A stretch of 64,000 bases of DNA. Origin: Callorhinchus milii. Lineage: Eukaryota. The DNA is taken from the NCBI RefSeq assembly GCF_018977255.1, contig NW_024704743.1, positions 80,974,001-81,038,000 on the forward strand, read 5' to 3'. The translations under genes were made by a program, and so were the position numbers. Positions within the stretch are counted from its first letter, which is position 1, and each line of letters starts with the position of its first letter. Below are positions 13,276 through 25,680 of this stretch, piece after piece. The notes below the pieces were generated by a model. That model saw only the letters and a list, made by a program, of their open reading frames with translations, made no database searches and was not told where the DNA came from.

Positions 13276-13346
13276 CTGGTGTATGGTGTAGACTGTAAAG
13301 GCATAGGACAGACACCAGGTTTGAAAACGCCAAGTACTGCTGCAGT

Positions 13347-13391
13347 ATGAGGCACTTGGTGCTAACAGCTGCGTTTTTCCTTTTAAATAAG
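13347..13391 (+). CDS. CCN3: CCN3 exon 1 coding part (signal peptide MRHLVLTAAFFLLNK)
   Basis: ATG at 13347, hydrophobic core, donor AAG|GTGAAT in phase 0, matching the phase-0 acceptor at 13819. Not in the ORF track (too short). Confidence 0.8.
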
Positions 13392-16300
13392 GTGAATAAA
13401 TGCGTTTAATACCATGGCCTTTGAAGTCATTTAAGTGCTGCTGTTGCTGACAGTCGGAGTGTTGTTTGACTCTTTTACTCTGTGGAGTACGATGTTTGTA
13501 AACATTGAAGCTAATGGCAAAACATTCCATTTAAACATTTCAAAAAATAACATGATGTTTTTACTGAATGGATTCTCTTTTGAAATAATGAAGCAAATCT
13601 GCATATTTAATAGTGATAATCCTTGCATTTCATGCAGCGCCTTCGGGACGTCTCAAAGCGCTTCACAGAATATATTGTAAAGTGTAGTGACTATGTATTT
13701 TGTGGGCGAAACCCCACATATTTATGTTCAGAGTCCATTGATGTTGAGCTCTGAAACCAGGGACTGTGTGGTTTAGTGTTGTAATGTTAGTCTGATGTTG
13801 GTTTGTTGTGTTGTACAGATGTTGCTGACCCAGTGCTGCTCTAACACCTGCCAGTGCCCAAAGCATGGGCCGAGCTGTGTGCCTGGGGTCCGCCTGGTGC
13901 TGGACGGCTGTGGCTGCTGTCAGGTTTGCGCTAAGCAAGCGGGCGAGCTCTGCGGCCAGGGAGACACGTGTGACCCGAACCAGGGGCTGCAGTGCGACTT
14001 CAGCTCCGACCCTCGGCACGGCCTGGGAGTCTGCATCGGTGAGTTGATTATTTTATTTAACGCACACGCTAGTTTATCTGCAAACTAGACTCTTGCAACC
14101 CGCCAGCCTTTCCAATGTCCCTTTTCAACAACAGTGTACCACAGTCCTAAATGTTATAAAGTGCCCGCTTCGGGTCAGTTAGCCAGCGCGCGTGCTTTTC
14201 TTGCTACGTGTTGAGCAGTTTTATAACGTGCATATTTCTATTGTGTGGCTTTTAGGCTGGATGCGTTATACTTTAGAATACTTTAGAATGGATGCACGGA
14301 TTTCTGCTCAGCACTAATGGTGCAGTGGTGGCTGAATAAGTTGTTCATATCATGTCTGATTACTGTAGGGTCTGCAAGGACTATTAACGTCTTTTTTGTC
14401 TACACAATAAAAACCTGACTCCCAGTCATCCCCCTTTTTGTATCAATCTGGGGAAAGAAAGGAGATTCCCCCCCCAACCCCCCAAAAACCACCATCACAA
14501 AAAATCAGTAAAAATCTGCCACTGATCTGTATTTTCTGCCCACGATAAAAGTAGCCAGAGAACACTCAAGAATAGAATAACTCTAAACAGCTCCTTCGCT
14601 CTCAGATCGCAAGCAGTGATTGTGAACTGGTGCCAAGTAATACATTTAGGGCATCAAGAAACACATCGTGAAGTTCTTGTACACAGCCCTCCTCACTCAG
14701 GTCGCCTGTGCTCAGTCGCACAGATTTGTGCAACAGATATCGATCTATCTGCAGTTACATCCAGGAAGCAAAAAAAGTCTGAAAATTTATTGTTTTCTAT
14801 ACTGTTCGACTTGTATCAAGTTGGGTATAGGTGCAATATTTTTTCTCACTGTTTCAGTGTTGAGAGAGGGGGAAATCAGCCAAGGTTAATCACTCCTGTT
14901 GTTAGCAATGCAGTGACCTCTGCTGGAGACTTTTTATTTGTGAGCATCAGCAGAGAAGAGGGTAGAATTGTGATTCCCTCTTGTGTCATGTAACCTGTTG
15001 ATCCCAATAGTTTAGTAATGTGAAATTGCTTATTCATTGTGAACTTGCTGTACGTTTGCCAAATCTCACACTGAGTCATTGTTAAATGTTTAGCGGTGGC
15101 TGAGGAAAGCTGGATCTGTCTGGTGGAGCACTGCACACTTAAATCAATGTGTAGTCATCCAGTTAGCCTCAGAAATCAATGTCTGTAGATGAAAAGGCAA
15201 ATGACCATAAACCTCCTCATGAAATTTTCAAACATAATTTAATATGAGCATAAGTTTAACAATAGCACGATCAATGAAACCCAGCTCAGTTGTTCCACTC
15301 ATCTGCAGTGTCTTTATTTCCTTCCAGGTTAATTCATCAGAAAATGCACTGTTGTTGTTTTATAGATAGCACATTAATAAGAAATAATATAAACATAAAA
15401 GTAGCCCGTGGCTAACCCATGGCATTTCTGTTCTAGCACATGAAGGTAATATTTGTATGTATGATGGAGTTGTCTATCGAAATGGTGAGACTTTCCAGCC
15501 AAGCTGCAAATATCAGTGTTCCTGTAAAGATGGTCTGATCGGCTGTGTCCCCCGCTGTAACCTGGATGTCCTCCTGCCTGGTCCTGACTGCCCCTTTCCC
15601 AAACAAGTACAAATGCCAGGAGAGTGTTGTGAGCAATGGGTGTGTGACCACAAAGAGTCAACTTCTACTGGGGGATTTGCAATGGCAGGTAAGAAATCTT
15701 TTTATTTACAGCTTTCCCCCCCTCACTACCACCAGACATGAAAGGTGCTATATAAGTATAAATTGTAATTGTATTGTAAACTCTCAGGAGACGTTGTTGA
15801 CTTCAGAGAGGATAACATTTGGAGAGAGTTGTGGACCTAAAGCTGCGTCAAAGGTTGCAGGTTGTGCTGTGCCGAGTCAGTTAATCTCAGCCATGGCTAC
15901 AGTGGATTGCAGTACAATTGGGTTAAGATCCATTGGGCCAGTGAGGGCCATATTAGCCCGAGATCTCACCATTGATGGTTACTGAGAACCTGTGCTGGAA
16001 ATGTGTGCAAATCAGGTGAGGATGGGATTAACCGTATTTAATTTGGATCTTGAGGGGAATGAAAGAGACTGGCACATTTGTAATTGTGACAAAGAGAAAA
16101 GCCATTCCAGTTCATTTACAGGGGAGTGATTGTTTATGTACTTATGTAGTTAAAGGGAGTGATTCTGCAATCCTTCTTGTAAACCTTATTACAAACTCAC
16201 CATCAAGTTTTATTAAATTTATCAATAAACAGATAATTACTGCCAAAGAGTCTTAGAGTAGCTGAAATAACGTTTTATTTTAAACTTTTCCTCAGCTTAC

Positions 16301-18651
16301 AGGCAAGAGGCAACTTATGGAGTGGATCCATTTAACCCCAGTCTGAACTGTATAGAGCAAACCACAGAGTGGAGTGCCTGTTCCAAAACCTGCGGCATGG
16401 GCACATCTACTCGTGTGACTAATAAGAACCGTCACTGCGAGATGGTGAAGGAAACACGCCTTTGCGTGGTGCGGCCATGTACATATCATAAAGTCATTAT
16501 AAGGGTGAGTACAAGTACTTAACACAGAAGGCTGGTCTTTCAACCTTAGTCATTTTGCTACCGAGATGCAGAAATGTAATTGCAGAATGACATGATCTTA
16601 CAGAAGGTGTCTGGTCGCTTTAAGTACCTGCAGTAATGTGCCTCATCCTATTGAGCATCTGCCTGCAATTTTCTAGTTTGAAATAACTATGACAGGAACT
16701 TGTGAACGTTTCTAAGGCTAATGTTTTTGCTCTTCAGATATCCTGATAGAAATAGTCAAGAAGTTTGAGTTACGGCTCAAAATGTGCAGGTTTAAATGGA
16801 ACATAGCTGCATAGCACCAGAAATCCCTTAAATGGGAAAGGCAAAGTGACTCACATGGCCATTTGCACAGCCCTGGCAAAGATTGGAACAATGATCAAAG
16901 ATACATCCTTGCACTCTTAAAACTCAATCTGCCTCAAGAGCCTGTTCGTATCGATTGATGGTGGTGGGTTTCCTCACTGCTCAAAACTCCAAATACAACT
17001 CAACACCTGACCTCCAGTTAACTATATATCTGGTCAGAGCCAACCCTCCACTAAGCCAATAAGCCATGTGGATCTGGTTTCACAAGAGGCCCATGCTCTC
17101 AGACGACTTCTCTTTGGGTGCTGCTATTTTCTTGAGTCTCCCTCTCCCAAGAATCACAAATCCTATTGTGCAAATGCCATTGCGTGGTCTAGTTGGTGCC
17201 TGGAACAGCCACGGTTAATAATACTTGCATTTGATATAGTGATTAAAATCCAAGCCATTGCATAAGTGCTTTACAGTAATTGCTGTTAATTGCAGCGATG
17301 GTGTATTTGGAGGCAAAATCAGCAGCTAACTTGTGCACCCAATGTCTCACAAACAGCCAGGAGATGAATGACCAATTTATTTAGAAGATTGTTAGTCAGG
17401 ACAAAAGAGGAGACTCCCTTCTCTTTTCCAATAGTGCCATCGGATCTTTAACATTGACTTGAACAGATAGGACCTCATTTGAATGTCTTATTTGTAAGTC
17501 AGCACCTCTAGCAATGCAGCACTCTCCCAGCTGCACAGCACTGGGAGCAGCCTACACTGAGCTCACAGCCCACTGCATGGGGCCTCCCAAAAGAGACAGT
17601 TAGCTCAGATATGACTTACGTAGATCCAAGGCCACTGCCCCTAGCCTGGTGCCTCTGTCTCCCAGCCATGGCTCGACGTGATTGTCTAGTGACCATCTTT
17701 GCCTCAATTGACATTGACCTCAAATTTAAATTTCAAAACTCCGGTTTGAGGTTGGAAAAATATAACCAATAACAACAATAACTTGGACTTATATAGCATC
17801 CTCCATGGAGGACGCTTAACAGTGGCGGAGCCTGACACCAAGCCTGGGAGGAGGAAGGGTGGAGGTGGCCGTAAGCACAGTGGAAGAGGAAGGTTTTCAG
17901 GCGGGACTTGAAAAAGGGGAGAGAGGGGGCAAGGCAGAGGGATTGAGGGAGAGTGTTCCAGAGTTTCGGGGCGTAGTGGCTGAAAGCACGATCGCCGATG
18001 GTGGGGGAATCCAGTATATTTTGTTCAAAACTTACGTTTAGTATCAGCTGCACACTAAGTCTGACCAGGCATGTGCAGGTGGTTTTCAGTTTTTACAGTA
18101 ATCAATAGCAGCAACATTTAATGTTTCAAATTAATTCAACAAAATGAATTGATGCTGGCAAGAACTTACTGATTGGATTACAAAATGTACTTTTCCTATA
18201 AACTTCCACCCCTTACACTGTAATTGTTACACATGAAAACTAGATTCTGCCCCATGAACACACAGAATAACAAGGTTTATATTACCCTAGCTAATGGAAT
18301 TAGAATAAAATTTGTATTCTATTCTGCAATGACAATGCTTATCTGACTTGGAAATTCTTGTGCCTTTTTCAGAAAGGTAAGAAATGTGTCCGAACACCAA
18401 AAGCAACTAAACCAACTCACTTTGAATACAATGAATGCACGAGTGTTCAGTCCTACAAGCCCAAGTACTGTGGCGTTTGCAATGATGGAAGATGCTGCAC
18501 ACCTCACACCACCAAAACATCACGGGTAGATTTCAAATGTCCTGGAGGAAAAACGATTGAAAAACAAATGATGATCATTAACACATGTGCCTGCCATTAT
18601 AACTGTCCTCAAGATAATACTGTTCTCCAACCAGGAGTGTTGGGTGCCTGA
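13347..18651 (+). CDS. CCN3: CCN family member 3 (NOV), complete CDS: join(13347..13391,13819..14038,15437..15688,16296..16504,18373..18651), 1005 nt, 334 aa
   Basis: One module per exon (signal peptide, IGFBP, VWC, TSP1, CT); GT-AG introns with phases 0,1,1,0. The motifs AYRQEAT..NCIEQTTEW, PRCNLDVLLPGPDCP and YKPKYCGVC..TKT are CCN3-type. The gene lies tail-to-tail with ENPP2, as human CCN3 does. Confidence 0.9.
13819..14038 (+). CDS. CCN3: CCN3 exon 2, IGFBP domain
   Basis: MLLTQCCSNTCQCP..VLDGCGCCQVCAKQAGELC..GVCI; acceptor TACAG|, donor G|GTGAGT. Confidence 0.95.
15437..15688 (+). CDS. CCN3: CCN3 exon 3, VWC domain
   Basis: HEGNICMYDGVVYRNGETFQPSCKYQCSC..GECCEQWVC..GGFAMA; acceptor TTCTAG|, donor G|GTAAGA. 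Confidence 0.95.
16296..16504 (+). CDS. CCN3: CCN3 exon 4, TSP1 domain
   Basis: YRQEATYGVD..CIEQTTEWSACSKTCGMGTSTRVTN..RLCVVRPC; acceptor CCTCAG|, donor AGG|GTGAGT. Confidence 0.95.
17770..18010 (-). mobile_element. L2 LINE 3' fragment in CCN3 intron 4
   Basis: PTIGDRAFSHYAPKLWNTLP..FKSRLKTFLF. Confidence 0.82.
18373..18651 (+). CDS. CCN3: CCN3 exon 5, cystine-knot (CT) domain and stop
   Basis: KGKKCVRTPK..YKPKYCGVCNDGRCCTPH..CACHYNCP..*; acceptor TTTCAG|, TGA at 18649-18651. Confidence 0.95.
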   Translation, partial: KGKKCVRTPKATKPTHFEYNECTSVQSYKPKYCGVCNDGRCCTPHTTKTSRVDFKCPGGKTIEKQMMIINTCACHYNCPQDNTVLQPGVLGA

Positions 18652-20007
18652 GGTTTTGCACCCATAATTTTAGAGCCAATTATTGTAGCACTGTTTAGTT
18701 CAGTGAGATTGTCTAAGTGCAGTTAGTAGCTTCAGTTTGTATCTCCATGAACTGGAAGAACTAACTCTGTATATATTCACACATGTATATTTTATTGAAT
18801 TATGTATTTAAAGATTGTTAGTAATAATAATCTTTGCATTTGATATAGTGCTTTAACACATTGTCAAGAATTCTCAAAGCGCTTTACAGGATATACTGTA
18901 AAGTACCTGTAAGTATTTTGTGGGCAAATGTGGCAGCCAATTTTCTATAGCAATGTCCCACAAGCAGCCCTGGAGTGAGTGAGCAATTTTATTTGGATGA
19001 TTGTTGGCCAGGACACCAGGAGAAACTCCCTTTTCTTTTTGAACTGCACCATAGGACCTTTTCACAACCACCTGAACAGGCAGACGGGACGTATTGTCTT
19101 ATCTGAAGGACTGACAATGCAGCACACCTCCAGCACTGCATTGGGGAGTCAGCCTAGACTATATGAGTTCCAAGTTCCAACATCGGACTTGAACCCATAA
19201 TCTTCTGACTCGGAGGCAAGAGTCCTACCAACTGAACCAGGCCGACACCTGTTGCTACCTATCTTATAGATTGTAAATAGAATTTTAAATGTAATGCAAT
19301 GAAGTGGGAATTTTGAAAATATGTACAATTCCATATTAGTCATTAAAATATATTTTTTATAAGAACACAGTAAGAGGTTTATCATATGGTGACATGTCCA
19401 ATCTGTTTGTGGTCTGAATGCAGATAAAACAAATGTGTGATATTACCTGCAGTCGTATCACTTAAAATAACAAAATCATAAATCAATTGTTTTATAATTG
19501 GGGAAAAAAAGGGCCTATTTTTATCTCAGAGTGATTTACAAGGACGTGGTTGGACTCCAAATAATAGAGGAGAGGAGGAAGGGAAGATAACTATAGGCGC
19601 AATCGAAGAGGTAGATTGTAAGACAGGACTTAAAGACAACCAGAGAAGGGTGACATAGGGGGAGAAGGAAGAAATTCCAGAGATTTGGATCATAGCATCA
19701 GGAAGCTCAGCCATGAATGTTGTGTGGAGGGATGTGGGTGAAGCCCAAGTTAGCTAAAATAGAATCAAGCAGAGGAGCGGGGTAGGAGAATATCAGAAAT
19801 ATAGGGAGATGCAAGGGCATGAAGGAATTTATAGGTGAGAAGGAGGAGCTTCAGATTTACCTGCTGGGAGATAGTGGAGCCTGGCAAGGATAGGGATGCT
19901 GGGTATGCAGTGTTTGGTATGGATGTGCATCACTGCAATGTCTGTGTACAGAGGACTTAAGAGAAATGGACACATAAAAGTTAATGGTTATATGTAGGGA
20001 TGCATGT

Positions 20008-21060
20008 CTTTTTAAAAAAGCAAACTGCTTTTACAGTATGATAATGCGCCTGGGGTTTGGGCCAGAATAACATCCCACAAGTAAACAGGCAGTATGTTCA
20101 AGTAGTATGTAAGCATGTATAAGCCGTGTGTAATCATGTATAAGCAGTGTGTAAGCATGATTAAACAGTGTGTAAGCATGTTTAAGTGGTGTGTAAGCAT
20201 GTTTAAGTGGTGTGTAAGCATGTTTAAACAGTATGTAAGAATGGTTAAGCAGAATGGAAGAAAGCCCAACAGGGAGATGCTGGCATCTGACTGCAAAGCC
20301 CTGAGGGAAAGGGAACAGCTCCAGGATTATAACCTGTGTGTTGTTTGACCTGCTTCCCCCCGACCCACTTTATGTGGAGTGCGGACAGGTTCACAGCACA
20401 CAGGATGTGCACACATTTTTTGTACGGTTGTGAATCGCCCCGGTGTGCACTACATCCATGTGCGTGCCCGCACTCACCGTGATAAGCCGCACTTACCGCT
20501 TTCGGATGGCGCCCGATGTTCACCGTACGAGCCTATCTACCCAAAGAAAACACCCGCAGCATCCCTGCCAGGGTTCTGTTCTCTTTTTCTACAGGGAGCA
20601 GTTACCCGGGGGGCTAGTCCTGACTCTGCCATCCTTTTATCGGACCGTGATCCTTTACCTCACTCCCTGCTGCTCCCCCCTTTATGGGGAGGGGAGGCAG
20701 GCAGACATACATTTTTGGGAATCTCTTTGGTTACACATCGAGCGGCCCTCTGTACATTTGCATGGATACACACATTTATTCACAAATTAGGGTGCGCTGG
20801 TGGGTTACCCGGTGAGCACTCCCTGATGTCTCCCACTCCCTGGAGGGACCTTGGCGAGTGGGGATGTGATGCCAATGTGAGTGTGGCCAGCGCAGGAGCG
20901 GCTCCGGCTGGGGTCAGGCCACATCTGGCCTTTGCTGCGGCTGAGCCGAGCTTCAGTGGGTCCCTCAGTATGCAGTCCCTGATCCTAGCGTGAACCTGAA
21001 CATCCCCTCATAGATGGTGAGGTGGGAGCACCCTGCCTGCATTGGCGTGCCATGTGCTGA
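20008..21060 (-). mobile_element. Probable 5'-truncated Tx1/L1-clade LINE: ORF2 C-terminus plus GC-rich 3' UTR containing a minisatellite
   Basis: The minus strand at ~20995-20920 reads VHARIRDCILRDPLKLGSAAAKAR, resembling Tx1-type ORF2 ends as I recall them. CpG-rich sequence follows, with an A-rich end near 20010. Confidence 0.55.
20086..20250. repeat. 21-bp minisatellite (TGTAAGCATGTTTAAGTGGTG), ~8 units
   Basis: Directly visible. Confidence 0.9.
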
Positions 21061-21739
21061 GGGAGGAACTCTGGGAGGTGGGGTGGGGAAGGGTAGAAAA
21101 GGAGGTGGTTAAACTGTCTGGTTTAATTGCGGTTTTAGCTGGTTAGACTCTAGCGGTACCCCAGCGCTTACTCTATGGTCCCCAGGTCTGGGCTTTTGCC
21201 AACCTGTGCCTGATACTTTCCGGAATTGGGTAAGCAGGATGAGTCCCTCCAGGGAGAGAGTGCGCATTCCATTACAACAATCTAGCTCTGGGATTTCCAC
21301 GTGTAGGTGGGATGCATGGATATCCCAGATAGGTTTCCGCATGTGTCAGACACCCGGCTGACCAAAAAAGAATTAGGTTCTACTAGCAGTGCTCCCAACT
21401 CGAAAAAAAACAGTTTATTTAATCACAATTCTGTTGTCGTTCTCTGTCTACGACCCATATTTCTGTTATACATTTATAGTAAGATTGAAATTTGGAAGTA
21501 TTTCCCCCCCACCACCCCCAACCTCACCCCTCGAGGCACGTCTCAAACCTCTTTGGTCATCTTTTGGTCACCTTTCCCCTCTTCACCTCCTTTGGCTCCC
21601 TTCCCAGCTCAGGTGTCCATCCAGCACTTTGAAGCACCTTGAAACGTCCTCTCGATGTGAAGGGCACAATATAAATGTATTGAATTGTATTCCCTGACCG
21701 ACCCCTGCACTATATGGATCACCCACTTGCTATTGCTAT

Positions 21740-22052
21740 GGAGTCCTGTAGCTCAGTGGTTAGAGCACTCGCTTTGCAAGCGAGAAACCTGAGTTCAATT
21801 CCAGGCAGGGCGAAACCTTGGGCAAGTTTCCTTACTCCACACGCCTAATAATAATCCCTCCAAAACCAAAAACAATAATAAAATTGGTCATTTTCAATCT
21901 ATGACTGCTTGTGGGACACTGCTGTGCGCAATTGGCTGCCGCATTCGCCCACAAATATGCAGTCAATTCACTTTACAGTGTGTTCTGCGAAGCGTCCTTC
22001 CGACGTGAAAAGCGCTATATCAAATGCAAGGATTATTATTATTATTATTATT
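21740..22052 (+). mobile_element. tRNA-derived SINE, short young form, full length
   Basis: A box TAGCTCAGTGG, B box GTTCAATTC, core GCTGTGCGCAATTGGCTGCC, L2-like tail, (TTA)n. Confidence 0.93.
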
Positions 22053-23354
22053 GGGATAAGTTAGCATTTGGATCTTTATATGACTTTTAATCAGCCAGAA
22101 AAGAAAAACTATCAAGCTCTAATTTAGATTTTTACCTTCTGAAGTACATCCACTGTGTTGCGGTACAGGATATAATTGTAATCAAACTACAGGGCTGCTA
22201 CATTAATCCTGTTGTGAATAGGAGCCTGTATCAACAGCAACCCAGTTAAAAATAATGTCTGATTGATAACATTAAAAGAACGTTACTTTATTTTCACTGA
22301 AACTAAAGATTAAGGTTGAACGCCAATAAATATAGATCTGTTCAAAACTTAAATAGTGATTGAAAGCATTATCCATCCTCTCCACTGGGTGTCTCAGTAA
22401 CTCTCAAGTAGACTCTTGTTCTGAGAGTTTAAATTTTGAGTGCAATTGGATAGAAATCTGCTAGTGCTGTGCTCGGCCACTAGATGGAGAATTTCATAGC
22501 TGCTTCTTCCTGACATCTCCTCCCGCTGATCACCTCTCGGGACTGCTGGCAAAAGGAGGCAAACAAAAGCGGGGACAGTAACGGGAGCCAGTCACTGGGA
22601 TGGGGTGGATAGAGTGGGGCTAGAGTGGTTAGGCGGAGGAAGACGGTTGCTTTGATTGGTATTTGGAGTCAATCGTGCTGTTTGTCAATCTGGCTCTGAG
22701 GTGACATGCTTGACAACGGAATGTCAGAATTGAGTTAATCCTCTGTCTCCGTAGTCAGATTTCTGAGCCAGGCGGGTCCGCAGTATTCCAGGGCACTGCT
22801 GATGACAAAACCAGCCAGCCTGGCTTATTGGCAAGGCTTGGAGGGGCAGCCAGCCAACAAAAGCAGGTTTCTTCCCACTCTGCAAGCCAAAGCCCTAACA
22901 GGTAGGGTGGTCCTAGCCTGACAAAGCAGTAAGAACCTTGCCAGACAATACTCTCAATGGCAAGCCTTGGTTTTTGTCAACATGTTCCTAATACACTCCA
23001 GATTAGGTAAACACGATGCATCCCCCCAGTAAGAGACTGTGCAATTCCATTCCAGACACCGGGAAATTATAGCGCCATTTGATATAGCGCCTTATCACGC
23101 CAATTTCGCACAGCAGTGTCCCACAAACAGTCGTGAATTGAGTGACCAAATTATTATTATTTATTTTTTGGAAGGGATTATTACCCCCGGAAAGCGATCC
23201 GTCAATCAACTAACAACTGGGTTCCTGCTTACTGCTAGGTAAACAGAGGCAGGTGGAGTAAGGAAACTTGTCCAATGTTTCGCCCTGCCTGGGAATTGAA
23301 CCAAAGTCCTCTCACTTGCGAGGTGAGTGCTCTAACCACTAAGCTACAGGACTT

Positions 23355-24480
23355 CCCATTTCAAGCCTGCCCTTCCTGGCCAAAGCCCTGGAACGTGTTG
23401 TTGCAAACCAACTTTGCTCACACCTCACCCTCCATTCCCTACTTGAGCCCCTCCAGTCCAGCCCACAGCACAGAGACAGCGCTTGTCAAAGTAACAAATT
23501 GCATCCTCCCTCTCTGTGACCTGGGCTCCCTCTGCCTCCTTGTTCTACTGGATCTCTCTGCCAAGTTTGACACAGTCGACCATGCCATCCTCCTTCACCG
23601 CCTCTCCTCCCTCATCCACTTTAGTGGGACCGCACTCTAGAGTTCGAGTCCTTCTTAACCAACTGTCAACAATTCATCTCGGTCAATATTTTTCCCTCAC
23701 ACCCTTGCCCAGTCATCTGCAGGGTACCCCAAGGCTCCATCCTTGGCCACCTTCTTTTCCTCATCTACATGCGTCCTCTCAATGATGTCATCCGCAGACA
23801 TGGGGTCAACTTCCACAAATCTACTTCTCCTCCAGCTGCAACTCCCAATCCGCTGATGTCCTGTCAGCTTGTTTGACGGGCATCAAGGTCTGGATGAGCG
23901 CGAATTTCCTGCAGCTGAATGTTGGCAAACAGAAGCCATACTCTTTGGCTCCGGTCAACATCTTCTCTCCTGCATGTCTGAACTCCTCAACCTCCCCGGG
24001 CTCTCCCTCAGAACTCATGCGCAACTTAGGGATCAGGTTCGATCCCCAGCTTTCCTTTCTACCCCACATCCGTTCCCTGACCAGGAACGCTTTTTTCCAT
24101 CTCTGCCATATTGCAAAATACAGAGTGATACCTCTCCGATCTGCTTACTCCCCAACCCACTGCCCGCACCCTCCGCTCGGCTGGCTCTGGCCTCCTATTT
24201 GTCCTTTGTGCCCTCCGTTCCACCATCGGTGGATTTGTGTTCAGCCACTGTGCTCCGAAACTCTAGAACTCTCTCCCTCAATCCCTCCACTTTACTGCCT
24301 CCCTCCCCACCTTCAAATCCAGCCTGAAGGACCTTCCTTTTTGATCGAGCTTACAGGGTTAGGAAGTCACAAAGGTAGGGGGGAGCAAAACCATGGAGGG
24401 CTTTGAAGGTGAGAACAAGGGTTTTGAATTTGATTCTCTGTGGGATGGGGAGTCAGTGAAGCCAGGCACAGATGGGGATA
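23355..24480 (+). mobile_element. Degraded L2 LINE RT region, with a reverse-oriented L2 piece at ~24350-24480
   Basis: HSTETALVKV..LVLLDLSAKFDTVDH, QGSILG-like motif, WMSANFLQLN; frameshifted. Confidence 0.85.
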
Positions 24481-25535
24481 TCGGTTCACGGACACGGTCA
24501 AAGCTAAAGAAAATCTCAGCAAACAAATCATGGCACGTGTCTCACTTTAATTGCAATGTAAAATTATAAGGTATTTGCATTCATATTCTACTTGTGCTGA
24601 ACACAAATAACAACAACATGCATTCATATCACATTCTTCACACAGGTAGTGTCTTGGAGCACAAAACAGCGGCAGGGCACATAACGAGAGATATTAATAT
24701 TAATTAAATATTTTTGGGGAAGTTTCAGAGGACAGTGGTTTGGTGGCTGAAGTTCCATTCATCAATAGTGCAGTGATGGGTCGAGTGATTAAGCAGGGTT
24801 AGAAAAGTGAAGGGTATATGCTAGAATGTGGGGCTGGATAGACTGGTTAAACAATCCACAACAGTGATCATTAGAAAAATTCTCAAACCCAATCCCCAAA
24901 TTCAGCCAATAATGCTAGAGATCTGGCCTCAAATATTATTTATCTCTATTTGAAGAAAGCAAAGTAACAGCAGAGTATATCCTCCCCTCCCCCTAGCTTG
25001 GCATCATACTCCGCCACTGTCAAGTGCTCTGGGACGCTACCCTGTGTGAGGGCGCTGTGTAAATGCAAGTTGTTGTTGCTGTATTTCGCCATTGAGGCAC
25101 CGTAATCAAAAGAGGTTTGTGCTGAAATCCTGGCATCTAAGCTATTACTGACATTATTACTGAAATTATTTCAGCGCTTTGGGACGTCCTCCCGACGTGA
25201 AAGGCACTCTATAAATGTAATTTTGTTGTTGTGTTGTTGTTCAAAGTACACGTGAGCATTAACCTTTTCTAAAATAAGAATTTGCTCAGTGAAAGAAGGC
25301 CATCCAATTCCCCTTCCACCATCCTTGCCGTCGCTTGGCATGTCTTGTCCTAAACTATACACTCTATCCCAAGATATTATTTCCTAACAGTAATTTATCT
25401 CATTTGTTCTTCAAAAGAATCAACACTTCCTGCTTCCACTGTCTCCCTAAGGAGCCTGTTCCATACGGATGCTACTCACTCACTGAAGTAGTAATAAATA
25501 AAGGAGAGGAAAGGCTGTATAGGAGCTGAGGAAGC

Positions 25536-25680
25536 TGTGGTGTGTCTGTGGGTAGGTGTGTGTGGGTGTGCGGGTGGGGGTGTGTGGGTGTGAGTGTGTG
25601 AATGTATGTGGGTGTATATGTGTGTGTGGGGGTGTGTATGGGGGTGTGTGGGTGGATGTGGGTGGGTTGGGGTGTGCTGT
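25536..25680. repeat. (GT)/(GGGT)-rich degenerate microsatellite
   Basis: Directly visible. Confidence 0.9.

Noticed and set aside
13347..18651. Calling the gene CCN2/CTGF
   Set aside because: RTPK and DGCGCC are CCN2-like, but CIEQTTEW, YKP and TKT motifs and ENPP2 adjacency favour CCN3.
20086..20250. Regular 21-bp repeats superficially like a CRISPR array
   Set aside because: No unique spacers, no cas genes, vertebrate context; it is a minisatellite.
20379..20993. 204-aa GC-rich ORF on +
   Set aside because: No recognisable domain; better explained as the antisense of a LINE 3' region.
21740..21815. Apparent tRNA-Ala genes (also at 27835-27907 and 51431-51505)
   Set aside because: Each continues into a SINE body and (TTA)n tail; these are SINE heads, not tRNA genes.
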